Of a stretch of DNA of 64,000 bases, positions 31,454-41,802 are shown piece by piece. The notes below the pieces were generated by a model. The model was given only the letters and a program-made list of their open reading frames with translations, was not told the DNA's origin and ran no database searches. The DNA is taken from positions 62,001 through 126,000 of the IMG/VR virus record IMGVR_UViG_3300029984_000001, one strand, 5' to 3'. The position numbers and the translations under genes were made by a program. How positions within the stretch are numbered: the stretch's first letter is position 1; every line of letters starts with the position of its first letter.

Positions 31454-33235
31454 ATGAATGTTGCTAGACGACAAAAATTTATGAATAATGGAAGTAGAAC
31501 TGTATCTTTTTCTGATAAGAAAGTAGAAATAGTTTTTGATATAGGAATGCTTGATTTAATGTGTTCTTATGTTTTATCTGAAAATAGAACTATTAAAAAG
31601 AGTCAATTAATAAATATGAGAAATCTGTTTGAATGTATAGATTTAGAATTATATAGAACAGATATAGAAAAAAAGAAAAGAATAGATTTTATAAGAAAAG
31701 GATTAGAGGGAAGAATACTAAGAAATCTAAAAGAATATACATTAATATTGCAATATATTAATGGTGGTTTTCTAGATACAAATAATTTAGATGTAGATAT
31801 AACATCTGCTACTATTTTAAACTCTGACGAGATGCATTTTATAAATGAAACTGTATCCTCAGCATTAAAATATACCTTTATATATAACGATGTAGATAGA
31901 ATGTATAGTGTATTAACAAGATTTAAAGCTGCTGATTATGTATCAAAACAATATATGGTAAATGAACTTGAGGGAATTATTGCTGATATGCAAAATAAAT
32001 TCAGACGAGTTAGAGCTGACTCTACAAATGAATTGGAATTTAGATTAAAACCAGAAATATTAGAAGATTCTTTTAGAGATATTTATGATAAGTTAACAAA
32101 TCCATCTTCTAAATTAGTAACAGGATGGCAAGGTTTTAATGAAATGCTTGGTGGAGGTTTCTTTGGAACTAGACTTTACATGTTATTAGGGCTAACAGGA
32201 GGAGGAAAATCTTTAACACTATTGGATATATGTCTTCAATTAAAGAAATATAATAAGAATTTCAAATGTAAAGATCCATCTAAAAAACCTTGTATTGTGT
32301 ATCTTACAATGGAGAATACAGTTGAAGAGACTGTAGAAAGATTATTCGAAATGTCAACAGGAAGAGAAATTCAAGGATTATCATTTGAAGAGGCTTTACA
32401 TTTACTTGTAACAGATGGAGAGTTATATTTATCAGACGAATCTCCAATAGATATAATAATAAGATATAAAGCTAATAAATCTGTTGATACTGGATATTTA
32501 TATGAGATGACTGAAGATTTAGAAGATGAAGGAATGGAAGTAATTGCAGTAGTTCAAGATCATATTGGAAGAATGAGATCTACTCAAAATCTTACAGAAA
32601 CTAGATTAGAATTAGGAACTGTAGCAAATGAAATGAAAACATTCTCTCAATTAAAAGAAATTCCATTTATCACAAATTTCCATCTGAATAGAGAAGCAGC
32701 CGCAAAAATAGATGAGGCTACTAATTGTAATAAATCAGATTTAATTAGAGTATTAGGTAGAGCTAATGTTGCAGAATCTCAAGTTATGATTAATAATATA
32801 GATGGTTGTTATATGATAAATCAAGAATGGGATCAAAATGGTAATAAATGGTTAGGTGTAATGAGAACAAAGAAAAGGTTTAAAGCGAGTGATAGAGCTG
32901 TTATATTCATGCCATATACATCTCCTAATTCCCCTAAACTATTAGAAGATTATTATGCTACAATACCAGTATTTAGAGATTCACTTAGAGAAAATGTTAT
33001 TGGATACAACCAACCACAAAAGAAATCTAATAATAAAATACAACCAAATCCTTATAATGGAAATATAAGATCTATTGACGAGGTAATAGGTTCACAAAAT
33101 AAATTTGTAGATACAAGAACAGAAATAAACATATTCGATATAGAAAAATTAGCAGATTCATCTTGTGGACATAGAGCTGATTTGGTTAAAGATATAATAC
33201 CATTGAAAAAATTTATGACAAGAGTACCTGCATAG
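31454..33235 (+). CDS. DnaB-like replicative helicase
   Basis: TGWQGFNEMLGGGF, Walker A GLTGGGKS, YLTMEN, VQDHI, HLNR; AACA-N6-TA at 31414-31425. Confidence 0.88.
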   Translation: MNVARRQKFMNNGSRTVSFSDKKVEIVFDIGMLDLMCSYVLSENRTIKKSQLINMRNLFECIDLELYRTDIEKKKRIDFIRKGLEGRILRNLKEYTLILQYINGGFLDTNNLDVDITSATILNSDEMHFINETVSSALKYTFIYNDVDRMYSVLTRFKAADYVSKQYMVNELEGIIADMQNKFRRVRADSTNELEFRLKPEILEDSFRDIYDKLTNPSSKLVTGWQGFNEMLGGGFFGTRLYMLLGLTGGGKSLTLLDICLQLKKYNKNFKCKDPSKKPCIVYLTMENTVEETVERLFEMSTGREIQGLSFEEALHLLVTDGELYLSDESPIDIIIRYKANKSVDTGYLYEMTEDLEDEGMEVIAVVQDHIGRMRSTQNLTETRLELGTVANEMKTFSQLKEIPFITNFHLNREAAAKIDEATNCNKSDLIRVLGRANVAESQVMINNIDGCYMINQEWDQNGNKWLGVMRTKKRFKASDRAVIFMPYTSPNSPKLLEDYYATIPVFRDSLRENVIGYNQPQKKSNNKIQPNPYNGNIRSIDEVIGSQNKFVDTRTEINIFDIEKLADSSCGHRADLVKDIIPLKKFMTRVPA

Positions 33236-33244
33236 AGGTACTCT
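33221..33244. terminator. terminator overlapping helicase stop
   Basis: AGAGTACCT-gcatag-AGGTACTCT then T-tract. Confidence 0.6.
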
Positions 33245-33247
33245 TTT

Positions 33248-33661
33248 TTATGATATTTTGTTTCTTAATTTAGTTAGAATAGTTTGATTATTTTTATATA
33301 TATCTGATAACATTTCTGCTAAAACATCAGCATGCATCATTCTTATTTTTTTCTTATTGAAATCTTTCATATCACATATATTATTTAAAAATAGAATAAT
33401 ATAATCTAGTTCAGTAGAACCATATATATCATGAGCTAATATAGCAGGTGATTGTTCATATTTTATATATTGTTCTTCATCTAGTATTACCATTTTAGAT
33501 AAAGAGAATATTTCTTTTTTATAGTCACATAATACATTATGTGTTATAAGATAAGTATCTCCTATTAATTGATATATTGATAATAAGTCGTAAGTAATTT
33601 CAGAAGTAGGTTTAGAATTTATAAATTCATTGAGAGTGTATGTTATATCTGGGTTACTCAT
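33248..33661 (-). CDS. baseplate wedge-like protein (T4 gp53/LysM-like)
   Basis: PAILAHDIYGSTELDYIILFLN motif. Confidence 0.65.
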   Translation of the reverse strand: MSNPDITYTLNEFINSKPTSEITYDLLSIYQLIGDTYLITHNVLCDYKKEIFSLSKMVILDEEQYIKYEQSPAILAHDIYGSTELDYIILFLNNICDMKDFNKKKIRMMHADVLAEMLSDIYKNNQTILTKLRNKIS

Positions 33662-33665
33662 ATAA

Positions 33666-34019
33666 TTATATCCTCCTTAATATTAATGGTTTATCTATAT
33701 TTCCACCTAAGAATGTAATGGCAAAAGTTTCACCTTTCAGACCTTTATAAGATGAATCTTTATGTCTATATAATTCTTGAGGAATTAAGACAGATATGTA
33801 ATTTGTACTCTTACAGTACTTATCTCGCACGTTAAAACCTTTTAATGTTTTATTCATAATATTGGACACATTTATTTTATTTTTTGTTTCTGTGATTTTT
33901 TGCTTGTCTGTAAAGGGTTGCATGGAAGGTATAGATATCTTAACTTCATTCCCATAGACAAAATCTTCAAGAGCAATACATATTTCAATACTAGTATTTT
34001 TCATGTCACTATTTTCCAT
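33666..34019 (-). CDS. baseplate spike/hub OB-fold-like protein
   Basis: C-terminal GETFAITFLGGNIDKPLI resembles gp5/GpV/VgrG OB motif; late promoter 34046-34057 (-). Confidence 0.55.
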   Translation of the reverse strand: MENSDMKNTSIEICIALEDFVYGNEVKISIPSMQPFTDKQKITETKNKINVSNIMNKTLKGFNVRDKYCKSTNYISVLIPQELYRHKDSSYKGLKGETFAITFLGGNIDKPLILRRI

Positions 34020-34095
34020 AATTTACACCACCTTAAACTTATTATTATTAAAATGTTCAAATTCATAAAAAATATAAAGAAAGAAGGAATTAGAA

Positions 34096-34548
34096 ATGGT
34101 AAAAGAAAAAATTGATATAAATGAAGTAATATATGAATTATTAAATGAATTAGGATTAGCAATATCAAATGAAAATTATATAATATTACAATCTGGAGAA
34201 TCTATTAAATTTAATGGAAAGGATATTAGATTTTCATATGAAGATAGATTCATTATAGATGGTAAAAAAGAAATATGGTTTGATCCTATAAATAATTCAG
34301 AACTTATACAAAATCTATATAATCAATATGTTGTAGACCATTATGAAAATGAGGGTATAAAGATATTATCCACTAAAGTTATGAGAGATAATAACTCTTA
34401 TAAGAATAAATTATGTGTTAATTTTATAGATGAGAATGATAGTACCAAGGGACAAATGGTAACGGATTTTTATACTAATATAAACATAGGTTATATTCAA
34501 ATAATGTTAATAAATGTAATGGTTGTAACTCATTTAGATAATAACTAA
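34096..34548 (+). CDS. hypothetical protein
   Basis: ORF track, RBS AAGGA. Confidence 0.7.
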   Translation: MVKEKIDINEVIYELLNELGLAISNENYIILQSGESIKFNGKDIRFSYEDRFIIDGKKEIWFDPINNSELIQNLYNQYVVDHYENEGIKILSTKVMRDNNSYKNKLCVNFIDENDSTKGQMVTDFYTNINIGYIQIMLINVMVVTHLDNN

Positions 34549-34563
34549 AAAGGACTGATATAA

Positions 34564-35799
34564 TTGTATAATGAAATATTAAATAGAGGTCAAGGATTTA
34601 CGGTAGATGAATCAATGAAATTCTTTGCAGACCCATATCAACAATTATTTCAGATAGATGGTGAAGCAGGGACAGGTAAATCCACGGTATTAAAACATAT
34701 AATAGCTAGAAATAGAATACCTTTAGAACGCATATTAGCCATGTCATATACTGGAGCAGCCGCAGTTATTTTAAAACTAAGTGGTTTCCCTAATGCTAAA
34801 ACATTACATTCAGGATTATATCATCCAGTAGATACATATATGACAGATAAACAGACAAATCAAATAATTTACAATACATATTATAATAGACCCAAGACCA
34901 CTACAGGATTTACACCTAAAATAAAAAGTAATTTTGATAATATTGATTTAATGATAATAGATGAAGCTCCAACTGTACCTATGTCAATGAGAAAAGATAT
35001 TATGAAACATGGAATAAAAGTTATAGCTTCAGGAGATCTTTTCCAATTACCTCCATTATTTGAGAAACCTGCATTTTTAACAGATGGTGTAGTACATCAT
35101 TTAACTGAACCTATGAGACAAGGTACTAACTCAAATATATTATATCTCGCAAGAAGAGCCAGAAGAGGTTTACCTATAAACTATGGATATTATGGAGATT
35201 GTTATGTAACAGATGAAGATGACTTGACTGATACAATGATTATGAGATCTGATATAGTAATATGTGGAACTAATAAAAAAAGAGATGAAATTAATAAAAG
35301 AGTTAGAGAAATAAAAGGTACTTGTAATAGTGAATTACCATTAAGAGGAGAAAGAGTAGTATGTAGAAAGAATAATTATAAAACTGTAATAGATGGAATT
35401 AATTTAGCAAATGGGTTGATAGGAACCGTAATGAATAATCCTGGAGTAGATAATTATGATAATAATACTTTTAAAATAGATTTTCAACCATTATTATTTC
35501 CAGGAATATTTAGTGATCTAAGATGCGATTATAAATATTTTATGGCTCCTTATAGTGAAAAAGAAAAAATTAAACAAGATAAATATAGTCTTGGTGAAAA
35601 ATTTGAATTCTCTTATGCAAGTACATGTCATCTTGCACAAGGTGCTTCACTTGCTAACGGTATTTATATCGAAGAATATATGTCACCAGAATTAAATGAT
35701 AGACTTAATTATGTAGGAATTAGTAGATTTCGGCAAGGTATGATATATATAAAAAGAAAAATTAGATTATACAATTGTGGAAGTTGGGATAGAGGTTAA
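34564..35799 (+). CDS. SF1B Dda/RecD-like DNA helicase
   Basis: GEAGTGKS, IIDEA, GDLFQLPP, TCHLAQG, YVGISR. Confidence 0.88.
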   Translation: MYNEILNRGQGFTVDESMKFFADPYQQLFQIDGEAGTGKSTVLKHIIARNRIPLERILAMSYTGAAAVILKLSGFPNAKTLHSGLYHPVDTYMTDKQTNQIIYNTYYNRPKTTTGFTPKIKSNFDNIDLMIIDEAPTVPMSMRKDIMKHGIKVIASGDLFQLPPLFEKPAFLTDGVVHHLTEPMRQGTNSNILYLARRARRGLPINYGYYGDCYVTDEDDLTDTMIMRSDIVICGTNKKRDEINKRVREIKGTCNSELPLRGERVVCRKNNYKTVIDGINLANGLIGTVMNNPGVDNYDNNTFKIDFQPLLFPGIFSDLRCDYKYFMAPYSEKEKIKQDKYSLGEKFEFSYASTCHLAQGASLANGIYIEEYMSPELNDRLNYVGISRFRQGMIYIKRKIRLYNCGSWDRG

Positions 35800-35840
35800 A
35801 ATCTCTATCTCTATTAATAAATTAAAAATGGGGGATTAGA

Positions 35841-36611
35841 ATGCCAAAGAGATTTAATTGTAAAAATGAAGAGGAAATGAGGACAGATATTAATAATAGA
35901 TTAGCAATATTGTGTGCACTAACAGGTTCTCATAATTATAACCTTAATACTAAAAATTCAGATAGAGATTCAAAAATATTTATAATGCCCAACATAGATG
36001 ATATCTATAATCATAAAATATTCACAAAATCATATAATATTGAATTCAATAATAATGATTTTTCTGTATATGATATTAGAAGATTACCAGATTTATTATG
36101 TAAATCTAATTGTAATTTTATGGAAATGTTATTTACTGTTGATTTGAGTATACATGAAATGTTTACTAAAGAAATAGAAGAAATATATAATATGAAAGAT
36201 GAGATAGCCAGATTTAATTTGTCATTCTTATACACTTCATTATATAATAATGCTAGATTATTTCAAGATGAATATATCAAAAAGGGTAATATGAAATCAG
36301 CATCACATTGTTTGAGATTATTAAGAACACTTCAGAAATATGCTTTGAACGATTTTACTGATTTTAAAAAAGCGTTATGGTTTGAAAACAATCCTAAAGA
36401 TTTAATCATGTATATAAAAACAGGAGAATATGACGAAAATAGATATTCATTCTCTAGTATTAATATACCTAAACTACTATCAGATGAATTTAGGAAAGCT
36501 GAAAAGTTTGAATCTAAATATAAACAATATGATTATGTACAAGAAACAGAAGATAAATTAAATAAAATAGTTAAAGACATGGTTCTTAAATATATAAAGA
36601 GTATGTTATAA
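35841..36611 (+). CDS. nucleotidyltransferase (Pol beta superfamily, RlaP/NrdC.11-like)
   Basis: GSHNYNLNTKNSDRD motif; K.N.N..E.L and HCLRLL downstream. Confidence 0.75.
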   Translation: MPKRFNCKNEEEMRTDINNRLAILCALTGSHNYNLNTKNSDRDSKIFIMPNIDDIYNHKIFTKSYNIEFNNNDFSVYDIRRLPDLLCKSNCNFMEMLFTVDLSIHEMFTKEIEEIYNMKDEIARFNLSFLYTSLYNNARLFQDEYIKKGNMKSASHCLRLLRTLQKYALNDFTDFKKALWFENNPKDLIMYIKTGEYDENRYSFSSINIPKLLSDEFRKAEKFESKYKQYDYVQETEDKLNKIVKDMVLKYIKSML

Positions 36612-36682
36612 ACTAAAAATATTTATAATTATATATTATATAACTGAATAAATAATAATATATTTTGAAAGGTAGTGTTTTA

Positions 36683-37054
36683 ATGAACAATTTTATGAAG
36701 AGAGACGAAATAATTAATGAGGATTTATTAAAAGAGGGGTTAATCAACCCAGATGCTTTACTCAACAAAAAAGAGAAATCTTATATGATACTATACTTTG
36801 CGACAGAACCAGTATCAAAAGAAGAAGAAAAAAGCTGGCATGTTGCTGTAGGAAGAGAAGAAGCATATAATTTTATCAAAGGAATGATAAGTTGTATAGA
36901 TTTAGAATCAACGAAAGTAGTTGTAGGAGGAACGACATATGAAGATGCTAAAAATGCCTATCAATTCATGAAATACATATCACAGTTCATGAATGATCCA
37001 ACGTTTAATATCGACGAATACTATACTCCAGATGAAGATGAGAAAGGAGAATAA
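36683..37054 (+). CDS. hypothetical acidic protein
   Basis: Start at MNNFMKR after GAAAGG; TATATTATA at 36632. Confidence 0.7.
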   Translation: MNNFMKRDEIINEDLLKEGLINPDALLNKKEKSYMILYFATEPVSKEEEKSWHVAVGREEAYNFIKGMISCIDLESTKVVVGGTTYEDAKNAYQFMKYISQFMNDPTFNIDEYYTPDEDEKGE

Positions 37055-37059
37055 TATTA

Positions 37060-37506
37060 ATGGCTAATGATTATAATTATTTCACTCAGAATATACAAAG
37101 AATGGGTGAAGAATTTTTAATGTTAAAGAATTCAAAAGATTTTCAAAGAGAAGCTCCAGCTATATTTAGACAATTAGCAAGAAGACAAATAGATTTAGAA
37201 ATGTACGGACACTTCTTTCTAGAAAAACAATTCTTAGAAAGTTGTATTAATGTTGCGAATGAGGAAATTTTACTAAATAAAGCAAGTGCAATAGGATTAG
37301 GGTATTATGTAGATTCTATGACATATCTGAATGGAGGTGTAGATCCTTATTTTCTAACCATCTTAAAAATGTATAGAGAGAAATGTGATGTTTATTCAAT
37401 TGTACATCAACATTTATGTATGTTAAGGGATACTGGGAATATTAATTATATAAAGAGTCTAGCAAGTATTCTAACAACAAATAGGACATTAGGAAATGCA
37501 TTGTAA
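37060..37506 (+). CDS. hypothetical protein
   Basis: ORF track, RBS AAAGGAG. Confidence 0.75.
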   Translation: MANDYNYFTQNIQRMGEEFLMLKNSKDFQREAPAIFRQLARRQIDLEMYGHFFLEKQFLESCINVANEEILLNKASAIGLGYYVDSMTYLNGGVDPYFLTILKMYREKCDVYSIVHQHLCMLRDTGNINYIKSLASILTTNRTLGNAL

Positions 37507-37560
37507 AATTTAAACCCTAAACATAAGAATAAATTTATGTTTATAGGAGGTTTAATTTTT

Positions 37561-38058
37561 ATGGCAAGTATAGATGATCTAATTAAATTATACAGAGATA
37601 CATTTGGTGATGAGGAATTAATCGTCATATCAGATAATGTTAAGGTTTTTAAAAATGCAGAAGGTCGTAGATTAATATTCGATGAGGATAGTAGAATGAT
37701 TCATTCTATTGCAGTTAATACTGATGGGTCTAACTTTGGAGTTCAGAATCTATTTCAATTCGAATCATTAATGTACGATCAAGTTCAATTCATGAATAAT
37801 TATGGTGGTGGAAAAGAACTGTCTGTTTTATTAGATAAATTAAAAGAAATTAACGTTATCGATGAAGATAAAAGATTAGAATTAGTTAATTACTTTAAAA
37901 GTCGATTTGCATTCGTTGATGGATATGGTAATAAACCATATGAAGATGTTAATGACAAAGACCGATCATATATTGATAAAGAACGTATACCTACGAATGA
38001 TGATGGTGAGATATTAACAAGTAAAGATACTTTATCAATAAATAAAATAAGACACTAA
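37561..38058 (+). CDS. hypothetical protein
   Basis: Start at MASID after AGGAGG. Confidence 0.75.
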   Translation: MASIDDLIKLYRDTFGDEELIVISDNVKVFKNAEGRRLIFDEDSRMIHSIAVNTDGSNFGVQNLFQFESLMYDQVQFMNNYGGGKELSVLLDKLKEINVIDEDKRLELVNYFKSRFAFVDGYGNKPYEDVNDKDRSYIDKERIPTNDDGEILTSKDTLSINKIRH

Positions 38059-38141
38059 AAAATTAAAACTAAAACTATTTATAACTATATATTATAATAA
38101 TGAAAATACATAACCAAAAAACAAATTTAGGAGGAATAAAT

Positions 38142-38963
38142 ATGTATAATGGACAACAAGGAAATCAATTCGGAATGGGTGGAACTTATTATGCACCACA
38201 AAAGAAAATAGAAATGCATCAAGCATTAACTGCTGAAGAAGAAGCAATGTTAAAGAATCAAAATAGATCTAATCTAAGTTTTAAACTAGATCAAATGGAA
38301 GTGCTTACAGGTATTTGTACACATAAAAGTAATACAACTAAAATGCCAGATATAACTTTATTAGGTGGAACTAGAGTTAAATGTAACATATGTCAAGAAG
38401 AATGGGATTTATTAGAGGATTTAGAATTATTTAAATCAGCCGTAGGTATTGTTATATCAGGATTACAAACAATGAAAACATGGTGGATTGATATCCCACC
38501 AGAAACTGCTAGAGAATACTTCCCAATTATACCATTATTAAAGAAAGCTCCTGCTGGTCTTCAAATGTCTATGCAATGTTGGAGACAATATGAAGAAGCT
38601 AGACAAGTAAATACAAGCAATGGAAATAACTCATTTAACATGTGGAATAACATAATGACAGGTGGATTTAATCCAATGCAACAACAACAAATGATGATGC
38701 AACAACAAATGATGCAACAACAAATGCAACAACAACAATATGGATACGACCCAAATCTAGCAATGAGTAATATGTATGCTGGAAATAATATGATGGGTGG
38801 CAATCCAATGGTACAAAACCAAGATCCAGGAAACTTCACTCCAGGTGCTGGTGGTTATGCTCCAGGAACAACAGGTATGATGAATAATATGGGTAATGGT
38901 CAAGGACAAACTGAAACTAGTGTAAGTAATACTGTACAAGTAACTAAAGTAATGAGTATGTAG
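38142..38963 (+). CDS. Zn-finger protein with Q/M/N/G-rich low-complexity tail
   Basis: CTH...CNIC ligands; QQQQMMMQQQMMQQQMQQQQYGY; AGGAGG before ATG 38142; own promoter and terminator. Confidence 0.8.
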   Translation: MYNGQQGNQFGMGGTYYAPQKKIEMHQALTAEEEAMLKNQNRSNLSFKLDQMEVLTGICTHKSNTTKMPDITLLGGTRVKCNICQEEWDLLEDLELFKSAVGIVISGLQTMKTWWIDIPPETAREYFPIIPLLKKAPAGLQMSMQCWRQYEEARQVNTSNGNNSFNMWNNIMTGGFNPMQQQQMMMQQQMMQQQMQQQQYGYDPNLAMSNMYAGNNMMGGNPMVQNQDPGNFTPGAGGYAPGTTGMMNNMGNGQGQTETSVSNTVQVTKVMSM

Positions 38964-39071
38964 TATAATATTTTTAAATAAATATAATGATGGGGTTCGT
39001 TCTCCATCATTATTTTTTACCTTCATTATAAACTATATAATGACAAAAAATAATTGAAGGAAGTGATGTAA

Positions 39072-40649
39072 TTGGCTATGCTGAAAAAAATGGATAAGAC
39101 AATGGAAGAAAATATTAGAGGATACGGTAATGAGATTATAACAAAGTTATTCCCTGATAATATAAGAGTCAATATAGGAATGTATATTGGTTCAAAAGGA
39201 AATTCTGGTTATTTAAATATGATACGGGAAGTTTTTCAAAATGCTTTTGATGAAGTTATGAGAGCAACAAGAGGTAAATCTCCTTGTAGTATAATAAGGA
39301 TTTTCTTTGATGAAAGAACTTTAGATTGTATGGTACAAGATGATGGTAGAGGTTTACCGTTTGAAAAGATGCATGACATATATGCTGAATTATCTACATC
39401 ATCTAATTATGAGAAGGAATTAGGAGACTACAGCTCAGGCAAACATGGGTTAGGTGGAAAAATTACGAATGCCCTTTGTGATAAATTTTCAGCAGAGTCT
39501 TATCAATTAGGAGATGCAAGAAAAATAGAATTTGAAGATGCAGTTGTTAATAAAAAAGGAATTTATAAGATACCTTATAAAAATAATCAACAAGGTACAT
39601 TAGTTTTATTTCATCCTTCAATAGAAATAATGGGTGGAATTAATCTAACTTGTGAAGAAGTATTAGCAATGATGAGAGGTATAGTATTCTTAGGTAAATT
39701 AGGTAGAATAGTAGAATTTCATGGTATTACTAATATGGGTAAACAAGTTGAAACTACTATAGTTAATGAATATGGAATACTAACAGATTTACTTGGTAGA
39801 GTTAAATCTCAATTGATTACACCAATTTTAATTGGTGGTGATGATGGTAACTGTAAAGCTGATATAGCATTTACATATGATGGTGAAGATACTTTGGAAG
39901 AGATACATAGTTATGCTAACTATTCTCCAACTACAGATGGTACACATGTTAAAGGATTTAAAGCTGGTATATCAAAATTCTTTATGGATTATATGAATAA
40001 GATTTATTTAGCCAAAGCGGGTTCTTTAAAAGGAAAGAAATCTAAATCTAATGCTAAACCATTACAAGTCGTAGCTTCAGATGTAAGTTGTGGATTAAAA
40101 GCTATTGTATCAGCATGTGCATTGATTCCTATCTTTGGAGGACAAGCTAAAGAAACAATAACTAATGAAGAACTTGAGACATTCATAAAAGATTTAGTAA
40201 TTAAAGCATTACAATCTTGGAGTAAAGAGAAGCCTATGGAATTAAATAAGATTTGTAATTATCTTAAAGATATAGCTATACTTCGGACTAAAGATGAAGT
40301 AGAAAAGATAAAGATTGGTTCTAAATATAAGACAGATGCTTTAAGTGGTGGACTTCCAAAGAAGTACCTAAGACCACAAGGAACTAAAGATCTAGAATTT
40401 ATAATAGTTGAAGGGGATTCAGCTTTAGGACCAGGAAGAGCAACAAGATGTAAATCTAGACAAGGTATGTTACCAATTAGAGGAAAGATGCCTAATATCT
40501 TTAATATGACAGATAGAAATAGAAAAGAGTTCTTAGAGAATGATGAAATTGCAGCATTTATTAATATCATATCTGGTGGTACAGGAAAATTCGGTGAAAA
40601 ATTTATGCCTAGTGATACTAAATACACTAAGATTATTATCATGTCGGAT
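39072..40649 (+). CDS. gyrB: DNA gyrase/topo IV subunit B, exon 1
   Basis: GMYIG, EVFQNAFDE, DDGRGLP, GKHGLG, GTHVKGF, VEGDSA, PIRGK, IIIMSD. Confidence 0.92.
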
Positions 40650-41802
40650 AAAATGTGTGTCCCTTCTCTATAGTAATATAGAGTCGAATAACCTATTAAA
40701 TGCTGGAAAGTCCACAAAAGTTCATAAACCATTATTATAATAAGAAATGGTTACGAAAGTAGAAACAATATATGAACCTGACATATGCTGAAATAAAAGC
40801 TTTAGTTGAGATTCTAAAGTGCTAAGTGTTATTGACAAGGGATTCTCAGCAGTAAAATAATTTGCTTAAATAAAATAATTAATAAAAAGGAGGTGAAAAA
40901 TATGAATGTTTTTATGCAACGATGTTTTGATTATTTTCCTATAAATATATCAAATCCTACTATAGAAATAGTTAGATATCCAGAGATGTGGAAACCTTTG
41001 AATATAATTGGAATAAAATATAATACATATAATATTAGCACAAAAGGTAGAATCTATTCAATACCAAAACAGAGATTATTAAATCCTCAATGTAATTCTG
41101 ATGGATATATGAAAATAAAATTATTAACAAATATTGAATCAAGAGAAGAGTTCAGTTTACATAGATTAGTTTTAATGACATTCTTTCCAATTTTCTATAT
41201 GAATGAATTAGAAGTGAATCATATAAATGGTAAAAAAGATGATAATGATATTGCAAACTTAGAATGGTGTAGTAGATCTCAAAATATACATCATAGTTAT
41301 TTACTTGGGTCTAGAAGTCAAATTGGTGTAAATAATGGTAATGCTAAATTTAATGAAAATGATGTAAGAAGAATATGTGAATATAGACAACAAGGATTAG
41401 TTGCAAGTCAAATATGTAAAGCTATGGATTTGGATTGTGAACCTAATAAGAGACATAGACGAGTAGAAAATATATTATTCGGAGTTACATGGAAACATAT
41501 ATCATCGCAATATGGAATATAAGTTTAAGCAACTTATTTTATTCAACGACTATCGAAAGCTATATACTAAGACAATATTCTTAGTTGAAAATAAGGTATA
41601 TATTAACAATATATACACGAAGCAAGTAGAGTAGAGCCAAGTGGTAGAACCGTTCCGTAATAAGGATATAAGAGTTCTTTAAATCGAAGTGATAGGTTGC
41701 CTATATATGATATAGGTAAATGATATAGTCTTAACACCTACTTAACAGTAGGGAAGTTCATAAGAGAACTGTATTATCTAACGAATAGTATGAAAACAAT
41801 TG
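40650..41802 (+). mobile_element. group I intron in gyrB
   Basis: Exon ends ggaU pairing IGS gtcc; P/Q/R/S elements near-identical to intron 1; terminal G 41802; splicing restores IIIMSD|ADKDGDHI. Confidence 0.9.
40902..41522 (+). CDS. intron-encoded HNH homing endonuclease
   Basis: HRLVL, VNHINGKKDDN...NLEWCSRSQN; in the P6 loop. Confidence 0.88.
   Translation: MNVFMQRCFDYFPINISNPTIEIVRYPEMWKPLNIIGIKYNTYNISTKGRIYSIPKQRLLNPQCNSDGYMKIKLLTNIESREEFSLHRLVLMTFFPIFYMNELEVNHINGKKDDNDIANLEWCSRSQNIHHSYLLGSRSQIGVNNGNAKFNENDVRRICEYRQQGLVASQICKAMDLDCEPNKRHRRVENILFGVTWKHISSQYGI

Noticed and set aside
38677-38740. CAA/ATG tandem repeat as CRISPR or contingency locus
   Set aside because: No repeat-spacer structure; simply encodes the Q/M tract
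40650-41802. Intein in gyrB or RNAP
   Set aside because: Host frames hit stop codons and group I RNA elements are present; no in-frame intein
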